DNA of 64,000 nucleotides. Source: Eledone cirrhosa. Lineage: Eukaryota. Positions within the stretch are counted from its first letter, which is position 1. Every line of letters begins with the position of its first letter. The DNA lies in contig OZ024743.1 in NCBI GenBank assembly GCA_964016885.1, positions 276,582,001-276,646,000 of the forward strand. The letters are read 5' to 3'. Of this stretch, positions 55,556-64,000 are shown piece after piece. Position numbers and translations under genes: made by a program. The notes under the pieces are model-generated. The model made no database searches. It had not been told where the DNA came from and saw only the letters and a program-made list of their open reading frames with translations.

Positions 55556-55869
55556 TTTTCTTCTATAGCTCCTTCGCACCTCCATTTCCTCTCACTCCTT
55601 CTCTGAAAGAAATTAGTTGTGTTCAGATCTGGAGAGGAGATGTGTTCTGCAGGTTTAAAATGCTCAAGATAATTCGTATGTCAATACGGTGATCCTACAA
55701 ACTCCAGCAGGAGTTTCGGGTTCATACATATGTACATTTGTTTTAGGGGGATCATTTTTGGTCTCTCTTTGGTATGCCTACGAAGAAACATTTGAGTATA
55801 TTTTTTCTTACAAGCAGCCAGCCAGTGAGCCAGCCAGCCACCCAGCCTGATAGACAGAGAGACAGACAT

Positions 55870-56340
55870 GACAATATAGATCTAGTTAGAATCGCATAAC
55901 ATCCGATATTTACTGATGCCACCATACATGGCCAAGGGCATGCCACACTAGATCTCCCAAATCCTTCACATTATTTCCACCCAAGGCACTGTCAATTCAA
56001 CAATCAGACTATTTTTCGTCAATTCAGATAATGCCAAAGGTCAGGGCGTTGCTAGGTTATTGGAATATACTTTTGGAACACGAGCATTTCTTTTATATCC
56101 AGATACACTTACCAGTTATTAGTACCATTCAGAAGTCTAGATTTCAACTTTCTTTTGTTTACACACTCATGCGTTCTTCTTTCTCGCCCCTTGTGGAAAA
56201 ACAACAGATTGCAATTTGGTGCAATTTCCATTGCAGATATTTGCTGCATTACCTTTCAGTGCATCAGCAAGGATACTACAAACCTGGTTATGCCGCCAGA
56301 TGACTTACACAATATTAGTATATGCTTCAGGGATGCATAA
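55870..56340 (-). pseudogene. Hero-clade (R2 superfamily) non-LTR retrotransposon relic: zinc-knuckle end plus restriction-like endonuclease
   Basis: Minus-strand translation across frameshifts gives, in order, SLKHILILCK, WRHNQVCSILADAL, LLNGTNNW*VYLDIKEMLVFQKYIPIT*QRPDL, SELTKNSLIVELTVPWVE and VNIGCYAILTRSI. These match the HIL..C, RH, RPD, ELTVPW and EVGCRG motifs. Confidence 0.8.
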
Positions 56341-57046
56341 TCTCCGAGCCGATTATAAAATTTTAGTAACGTACAAACATAATACCCCGCGACTTTCTCC
56401 GCTCCTCTCTTTCCTCCGAGATAATTAGAAACATGTTCTGCTTTGCTGAATCTATATTTCTATGTCTTTCAATCTAATCTGTCTTCCACCACAGACTCAT
56501 ATATAGATTTAAAAAAGCCCGCGTGGCTAAGACTTATCAATATGTATTTCAAAACAGAGGGTGGGGGCGTGCACAGGACGAAGACAACGGAAAAATAACG
56601 GAAAAACGGACAGTCCAATCTCCTCAGTCAACCGCTGGAAATCACTACGGTTTCTATACATTAAGGTTGAAACTGTTCATTCCAGTGTGCATTTGGACGT
56701 AACAAAACAAGTAGAGACAAAAATAGGACATGTACCTTTCATTGAATTAAACAAATAAAGAAGGAAAAGGAAAAGTTGCTGCAAGCAAAAGGGAGTCAAC
56801 TGAAAAGGAAGGAAAAACGTATGCAAAGGGCGCACAAATACTTAACCGAAGGAGAAACATATAGGGGAGAAGTAGTAAAATAGGAAGGTATTGGTCTGCA
56901 AATCCAACGTGTACACAAAGAGGAATAACATTGAGGCATAGAAAAAGTAGGAAAGGAGAATAGAGGAAGACAGGCTGAGTGGTATAACTACTATTAACAT
57001 GAGAGGTTAAAAAACCCGCATGTCAGTATATATATATATATATAGG

Positions 57047-57203
57047 AATAATAATAAATTTGAAGACTAAAATCCAAAGAGGGCTCTATAAGGATAAATA
57101 TATATCAAATATATAAGAACCGTAGAGCAAATATTTATTAAAATAACAGATTAAAGTTTAAGCAAAGAATCGCTGCTTTCACCCTTAACTGGATCTTCTG
57201 AAA
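57047..57203. repeat. 157-bp dispersed repeat, inverted partner of 61151-61307
   Basis: AATAATAATAAATTTGAAGACTAAAATCC...GGATCTTCTGAAA is the reverse complement of 61151-61307 with few mismatches. Confidence 0.9.
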
Positions 57204-57223
57204 AAAAAAATATATATATATAT

Positions 57224-57431
57224 ATATTACTTCAAAATATTAATAAATATAGACATTCATGTGATCAAATATATTTTATTATAGATATTTCAGAGGTACT
57301 GAGCTATTTCATCAATTTATTTTATCTGATGAGGACGTACTGATGAAATAGCTCAGTACCTCTGAAATATGTATATTAAAATATATTTGATCACATAAAT
57401 GTCTATATTTATTAATATTTTGAAGTAATAT
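57224..57431. repeat. Palindromic element (91-bp arms, 26-bp spacer) containing a hammerhead
   Basis: 57224-57314 is the reverse complement of 57341-57431; begins at a (TA)n tract. Confidence 0.92.
57319..57382 (+). ncRNA. Type I hammerhead ribozyme
   Basis: ATTTTAT-CTGATGA-GGACGTACTGA..TCAGTACCTCT-GAAA-TATGTA-TA-TTAAAAT. About 10-bp helix II. The inverted arm copy has the perfect helix I strand ATAAAAT. Confidence 0.72.
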
Positions 57432-57621
57432 TAAAAACTCCAGAAAACTTCTTTGTTGAGTGCTTCTAATCTATTGTAAAACTTTATTCATTGATTAATC
57501 AATGAACCGTGTTAAACTTTTGGTCATATATATATATATATATATATCATATTAATATATATATTGACATGCTTCCTATATTCTCCCCTCCTACCGAACA
57601 AGAAAACATATGTACCAGTAC

Positions 57622-57722
57622 ACATTAGATTCGAACTCACGCGTCCCGTTTGCCGGACGAGTACACTACCATTACGCCAATGAACATACCTATCGTTTCC
57701 CGTTTCTTTTAGAAGCTATAAC
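57622..57722 (-). mobile_element. tRNA-like (pol III) head of a second SINE-like family, inverted copy
   Basis: Minus strand TGGCGTAATGGTAGTGTACTCGTCCGGCAAACGGGACGCGTGAGTTCGAATC has an A box, an anticodon-like stem-loop and a B box. Confidence 0.65.
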
Positions 57723-57847
57723 TCAATAACTTAATAGTCAAAAATATTACGGCGAAGCTTCTATTTCTATTTCAATTTCAAACTTTGCTCGCCGCGTTCC
57801 AAACATTATTCCTTTGTTTACATATCGCTATTACGTTATAACTTTAC

Positions 57848-58079
57848 GTTATAGCTTCGAAAACGTTGGATAGGTTCATAGGCGTAATGGTAGCGTACTC
57901 GTCCGACAAACAAGAGGTGTCGGTTCGATTCCCAAGTGTGTTGATGACCATCTTTTTTTTTCGTTCAGTGGGTTTATACGCCCCATTATTAGACTACATT
58001 ATAGTCAAATATATTACTGTAGAGCTTCTGTTTCTATTCCAATTCTAAACTTCGCTTGCCGCGTTCCAAACATAATTAC
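57848..58079 (+). mobile_element. tRNA-like head plus tail of the second SINE-like family
   Basis: TAGGCGTAATGGTAGCGTACTCGTCCGACAAACAAGAGGTGTCGGTTCGATTCC; the tail 57999-58079 is directly repeated at 57731-57811. Confidence 0.62.
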
Positions 58080-58097
58080 TTTATATATATATATATT

Positions 58098-58493
58098 AAA
58101 ATTAGAATTGGTGCTCTGAAATAGGGATATATATATGAATGTATATATAGTGTATTTTGCAATACACTGTATGCTTAATTAGAAGCATTTCGAAGACCTT
58201 ACGCTATTGTTTTAGAGTAATGACAGTCTCACTTACTTTAATTTTCAGCAAACAGGGGAGATAAAGCTGACAGAGCTCTGTTTCGCACTTTTTGGTGCTT
58301 ATCAAAGCTAAGTACTCCGCCTGTTTGTTGAAAATCATGAATGTTTGGTTCTTATAGAATTCTAGTAATAATCAGGAACTGATTATACAGAGCGGTTGCC
58401 GGTCAAGCAGAATTAAGCATACAGTGTATTGCAAAATACACTATATATACATTCATATATATATCGCTATTTCAGAGCACCAATTCTAATTTT
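58098..58493. mobile_element. Inverted-repeat element (83-bp arms) enclosing a hammerhead hairpin
   Basis: 58098-58180 is the reverse complement of 58411-58493 (about one mismatch); flanked by (TA)n. Confidence 0.85.
58241..58335 (-). ncRNA. Type I hammerhead ribozyme (U3-A8 core variant) with long extended helix I; core 58265-58309
   Basis: Minus strand reads ATTTTCAACAAACAGGCGGAGTACTT-AGCT-TTGATAA-GCAC CAAAAA GTGC-GAAA-CAGAGCTCTG-TC-AGCT-TTATCTCCCCTGTTTGCTGAAAAT. Perfect helix II, palindromic helix III, GUC site. Confidence 0.85.
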
Positions 58494-58505
58494 CAATTTC
58501 TGCTT

Positions 58506-58625
<120 letters not shown>

Positions 58626-58678
58626 AAATAAAGTTAAATAAAAAAAGTCAAATGTTTAAAATTAAACTTCGTTTATTG

Positions 58679-58731
58679 CTGCTATATATATTTCAGTGAC
58701 AGCCATCTTTGGCTGTGACCTCTTCAGGCAG
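58679..58731 (-). ncRNA. Type I hammerhead ribozyme (left-arm copy)
   Basis: Reverse complement of 58965-59017. Confidence 0.8.
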
Positions 58732-58964
58732 TCCGAATTAGTGTGGTATAGACAAGTACATATGTTGTTGAGGTGTATAATATTGTCAATACTCTGATAT
58801 GCCTAGTTCCTGGTTGGGTTGTTATTTCACTGAGGAACTGGAAATGATATGATTCCAGTTCCTCAGTGAAATAACAACCCAACCAGGAACTGGGCATATC
58901 AGAGTATTGACAATATTATACACCTCAACAACATATGTACTTGTCTATACCACACTAATTCGAA

Positions 58965-59017
58965 CTGCCTGAAGAGGTCACAGCCAAAGATGGCTGTCAC
59001 TGAAATATATATAGCAG
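58965..59017 (+). ncRNA. Type I hammerhead ribozyme (right-arm copy)
   Basis: CTGC-CTGAAGA-GGTCACAGCCA AAGA TGGCTGTCACT-GAAA-TATATA-TA-GCAG. Canonical CUGAnGA/GAAA core, palindromic helix III, AUA site. Confidence 0.82.
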
Positions 59018-59161
59018 CAATAAACGAAGCTAAATTTTAAACATTTGACTTTTTATTTAACTTTATTTTACATTACTCCGGAGTAACCAAACCAACCTGC
59101 GCACTTCGTCGAGTGCTCCAGCCTGCATACTGAGGTGTTGGTATACAACCAACATATACTC

Positions 59162-59627
<466 letters not shown>

Positions 59628-60004
59628 CATGCACGTACAGAGGAATGCACGTATTTATTATATATTTCTGTATTACATATTATATGTATTTCTGTGTGAA
59701 TGGATTAAAATCTCTTCGGAAACTTGATAGAGTTCGTATTTTCATTGCGATTAATTAACAGCCTTGAGATGAGAATGGATGTGTCACGAGGCATAGAAGT
59801 TGGCTGTCTTATCTTCGACATCCAACTTGGTTGTAATCCTCCTTCACAGCAACACTCTCATAGAGGATTCCATCTGCTATGGCTTCTTCCAAATTTTTTC
59901 CATCTCCGATGATGCTCTTTTCAATTTTAGACCTACGAACTAAGGCTAAATATTCATCAATTGAGGCCAAACATTATCAAGTTAGTGTTTGTTGTTTATT
60001 CTTT

Positions 60005-60161
60005 TTGTTGTTGACGTTGTAGTTGTTGTTGTTGTCGTCGTTGTAGTTGTTGTCGTTGTTGTTGTCGTTGTAGTTGTCGTTGTTGTGGTTGTAGTTGTTG
60101 TTGTTGTAGTTCTTGTTGTTGTCGTCGTCGTCGTCGTCGTTGTTGTTGTTGTTGTTGTTGT
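60005..60161. repeat. (GTT/GTC/GTA)n trinucleotide repeat
   Basis: Read directly from the sequence. Confidence 0.96.
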
Positions 60162-60244
60162 ATCTCTAATTTGCTGGTGAATATAGGCATGCACAGATAC
60201 TAGCAGATTCACTAACACACTCTCTTGCCTCATACATAAGTGCG

Positions 60245-60602
<358 letters not shown>

Positions 60603-61043
60603 TTGCGTGTGTATACGCACATTTGCACACGCATGCACATACATATGGACGCCCACTCATATAGAGAATAAGCGTGGATTGGAAAATGCATTTCTACACT
60701 TCTTGAAGAATTGAAGTCTTGTAACATTAAGATTAGAAATAAACTACTGAGCATTAAAGATCTCACTATAAAGCACATATCAGAGCTGGCTGAGTTAACG
60801 GTCTTTAATGTACACTCACACAGTCTCATATACACATACACACGCACGCGTGTACATGCAGACACACAGGCAGACACACACACACACACCCACATATATG
60901 TATATATATATACACATACAAATAGACATGCACATATTCACTTAAATTTACAATTATAAACACACGTATTCATAAATGTAGTGTTTGAATTGGCCCAGCG
61001 ATGCGTTCGTGCAAAACCTTGCATGTACAAACATACACACACA

Positions 61044-61100
<57 letters not shown>

Positions 61101-61110
61101 CATATATACG

Positions 61111-61147
<37 letters not shown>

Positions 61148-61150
61148 TTG

Positions 61151-61307
61151 TTTCAAAAGATCCCGTTAAGGGTGAAAGCAGCGATTCTTTGCTTAAACTT
61201 TAATCTGTTATTTTAATAAATATTTGCTCTACGGTTCTTATATATTTGATATACATTTATCCTTATCGAGCCTTCTTTGGATTTTAGTCTTCAAATTTAT
61301 TATTATT
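61151..61307. repeat. 157-bp dispersed repeat, inverted partner of 57047-57203
   Basis: Reverse-complement match to 57047-57203; embedded in (TA)n. Confidence 0.9.
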
Positions 61308-61309
61308 AC

Positions 61310-61340
<31 letters not shown>

Positions 61341-61483
61341 TTGTATCTGTGTGTGTGTGTGTTTGTGTGTGTATCGATATGACTCTCTATACATATTACT
61401 CTATTATGTGTTTCAGACGACTGGATGAGGCCAAACTGGGGTACCGCCATGTATGTATATATATATATATATATATATAATTA

Positions 61484-61647
61484 CTGTATTTCCCGGCGTC
61501 TAAGACGCTACTTTTTTCCTAAAATAAGTCTAAATCTACCATGCGTCCTGGAGGCCGAATGTTGTTTATTATTCTTTTCTAAATTTTGGGTTGTAAAATT
61601 AGGGTGCGTCCTCGAAGACGAAGCCTCTTCGGCGCCGGGTAATACGG
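61484..61647. mobile_element. MITE, Tc1/mariner superfamily (Tc2/pogo-like termini), TA target-site duplication
   Basis: TA|CTGTATTTCCCGGCG...CGCCGGGTAATACGG|TA: terminal inverted repeats, 164 bp, non-coding. Confidence 0.8.
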
Positions 61648-61662
61648 TAGGTATTATATTAA

Positions 61663-61990
61663 CAATGAAAATAATAACAACAAAGTTGAGTTATTTTACT
61701 TATTCATATCATTGATTTACGATCATTTCGGAGCGTTGATCATATTGACATATTGTCTGATCTATAGCAGTTATATAACTGTATTTATCTGACCTCATAT
61801 ATAGGTTCGATCAGACCGTCTTCTTTGGAAGCAATTTCATCAAACCTATATATATATCTGATAGTAGTATACAATTAAATAACTACTATAGATCAGACAA
61901 TATGTCAATATGATCAACCCTCCGAAACGATCGTAAAACAATGATATGAATAGGTACTATAACTCGACTTTGTTGTTATTATTTTCATTG
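61663..61990. repeat. Palindromic element (112-bp arms, about 104-bp partly self-complementary spacer)
   Basis: 61663-61774 is the reverse complement of 61879-61990 with several mismatches. The arms contain GAAA-CGATCG-TA, like the 3' half of a hammerhead. Confidence 0.88.
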
Positions 61991-62179
61991 GTGGATTGGC
62001 AGTTTCGGTAGAGGGTCGGACGCCATGCTTTGATGAATAGAGTTACGGCCCTTTCCAATCTGAGTTCAAATCCCGCCGAGGTTAACTTTGTCTTTCATCC
62101 TTACGGGGTCGGTAAAATAAAGTACCAGTAATGCACTGGGTAATTGCTGGCCTTGTGCCAAAAGTAGAAACAATTATTA
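61990..62179 (+). mobile_element. tRNA-derived SINE, same family as 51505
   Basis: GGTGGATTGGCAGTTTCGGTAGAGGGTCGGAC...GAGTTCAAATCCCGCCGAGG...AAGTACCAGTAATGCACTGGG...ATTATT. Confidence 0.88.
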
Positions 62180-62622
62180 ATATTCGAAAGACTCAGATTA
62201 CATTTATTGTATTTAGCCATGTAAGGCGAAAACATTTTTTAAATTTATATATACATACATATACATATATATATTTTGTACGCAATGTTTCACTCAAAAA
62301 CACAAACAAATGCAAACAAATGATAACTCATAGATATACATGCATATACGAATATAACTTTTGACCTCACTCACCCTCCTCTCCACACCATACCACCACA
62401 CACACACACAAATATACACACTTATATATATTTAACTACATCCACACAAAATTATACCTCTTACACATACATACACATATAACAACACATATTTTTATAT
62501 AGACACATGAAAACATAGAGACATATATGCACGACAACATAATCTTTGACACGCATAAAAAACATACAAAAATATACAAATCATAAAAATTATATAAAAA
62601 CAAGGGATCGAAATGTTAAAAA

Positions 62623-62960
62623 AATAATAATAGTTTCTACTTTAGGCACAAGGCCAGCAATTTGGGGGAGGGGAAAGTCGATTAAATCGACCCCAGTGCG
62701 TTACTGGTGCTTTATTTTATCGACCCCGTAAGAATGAAAGGCAAAGCTAACCTCGGAGGGATTTGAACTCAGAACGTAAATGGCCATAACTCTACGCCCC
62801 AAAGTATAGTGTTCATCCCTCTACCGATACTGCCAATCTACAATGGTTTGTACTATAGGCACAAAGTCGAGAAATTTGGGAGATGGAAAGTCAATTAAAT
62901 CGACCCCAGTGCGTTACTGGTACTTTATTTTATCGACTCCATAAGGATTAAAGTTAACTT
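62623..62960 (-). mobile_element. tRNA-derived SINE (62623-62841) plus an adjacent 3'-half copy (62842-62960)
   Basis: Reverse complement of the SINE consensus: TTTATTTTATCGACCCCGTAAGAATGAAAGGCAAAG...GATTTGAACTC...CTACCGATACTGCCAATC. Confidence 0.87.
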
Positions 62961-63130
62961 CTACAACTATTTTCATTGTTAAATTAATACCTAGTATCTG
63001 TCTCTGTATCAAAGGAATTAACTCAGCGGAACACGGAACTTTTCTATGGATTTCACTGGATTACTCGCTATCATATTACATTGAGTACTATCTACGGTAC
63101 GGACCATCCCACCAAGAGTAGGCCACACTG

Positions 63131-63176
<46 letters not shown>

Positions 63177-63188
63177 CGCATACATATA

Positions 63189-63660
63189 CAGAGTGTCCCC
63201 CCAAAATGTACTCACTTTTTGACTCCCGATAACTCATCGAGTTCTTTCATTTCTTTTCAGATCAAATCCACCATAATAATGCCAGAAGTGCGACTATCTT
63301 TTGAAGAAATAAAATTCATGATAAAGTGCTACTGGTAGTGCAAAGACTATTTAGAAGATATTTTCACAAAGATCCTCCAGCACGAAACACCATTGTTCGC
63401 ATCAGAAATAAGTTGGAAGCAGATGAAACTGTGGATAACGTCCATAAGAAACGTCCAGGAAGATCACAGCCATCAGCCACCCCTGCAAAGAAAGAACAGT
63501 TGCTAGAAACCATCCCCGGAGCCCAACAGAAATCTTTACGGCTTGTGAGAAAGGAATTCCCAAATCAAGCGCCCGTCGCATTTTGAAACGACTTCATAGG
63601 AAATATTACATTCCAACATTAATTCGAGCACTAAATGAAGATGAAGCAGGTTGTACTGGG
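63189..63660 (+). mobile_element. Tc1/mariner (Tc3/DD37D-like) DNA transposon 5' relic with decayed transposase N-terminus
   Basis: TA|CAGAGTGTCCCCCCAAAA terminus. From the ATG at 63279: MPEVRLSFEEIKFMIKCYW, VQRLFRRYFHKDPPARNTIVRIRNKLEADETVDNVHKKRPGR (HTH plus GRPR-like motif) and ILKRLHRKYYIPTLIRALNED, with frameshifts. Confidence 0.85.
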
Positions 63661-63835
63661 TTACATGGTACCAGTAGCAGGCAGAAACTTGATCTGGCAT
63701 ATATACATATCTACCAAAACACCCCCCCCCCCCACACACAGGTTTGGGTACAAACGAAAGAAAAGAGTAATGAACACAATGTGGAATTCGAGAATATTTG
63801 TATTGATTTATTTTTGCATTACCAAACGACCACCT

Positions 63836-63837
<2 letters not shown>

Positions 63838-63896
<59 letters not shown>
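63838..63896. repeat. (TA)n microsatellite
   Basis: Read directly from the sequence. Confidence 0.98.
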
Positions 63897-63900
<4 letters not shown>

Positions 63901-64000
63901 TACTTGGGGTGGGTCATATTTGTGTAATATTGCCAGAATTAACAACAGAACACACTCACTGTTTGGTTGGTTTTCCCTTCTCGCTGTCTTTTATATCGGT

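Noticed and set aside
56450-56552. Minus-strand TTGATAA-GTCTT...AAGAC as another U3-A8 hammerhead
   Set aside because: The putative helix II is not followed by GAAA, and there is no helix I or III.
57873-57945. Functional tRNA gene
   Set aside because: The acceptor stem does not pair, the anticodon arm is mismatched and differs between the two copies; better treated as a SINE-like head.
61151-61192. CAAAAGA/CAGAAGA...GAAAGCAGC as a hammerhead in the 157-bp repeat
   Set aside because: The core is non-canonical in both copies, with no NUH triplet or helix I.
63010-63160. Processed pseudogene ending in A30
   Set aside because: No recognisable coding content, polyadenylation signal or target-site duplication.

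Overview
Eukaryotic, AT-rich, gene-free window. The SINE family and microsatellite load suggest a cephalopod (Octopus-like); this is an inference. Positions 1-46869 are one uninterrupted satellite array of a 46-bp monomer (CAGCAGTTGCTAGAAGAAGCAACACTAACACCACAAACAACACCAC, about 1,000 copies) with kb-scale higher-order duplications and regionally layered variants. The remaining 17 kb is dense in transposon relics and microsatellites: tRNA-derived SINEs, an L1/Tx1-type ORF2 relic, a Hero/R2-superfamily REL endonuclease relic, a Penelope GIY-YIG relic, a Tc1/mariner transposase relic and a TA-flanked MITE. The most striking signal is nine type I hammerhead ribozyme motifs from six sequence families within about 11 kb. 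Nearly all have a palindromic helix III, and two families have a compensatory U3-A8 core. Most sit in short non-coding palindromic or partial-tandem elements that abut (TA)n tracts, consistent with a non-autonomous Penelope-dependent (retrozyme-like) retroelement system. No intact host protein-coding gene was recognised, and almost all ORFs in the track are repeat artefacts. All structures were derived by eye.
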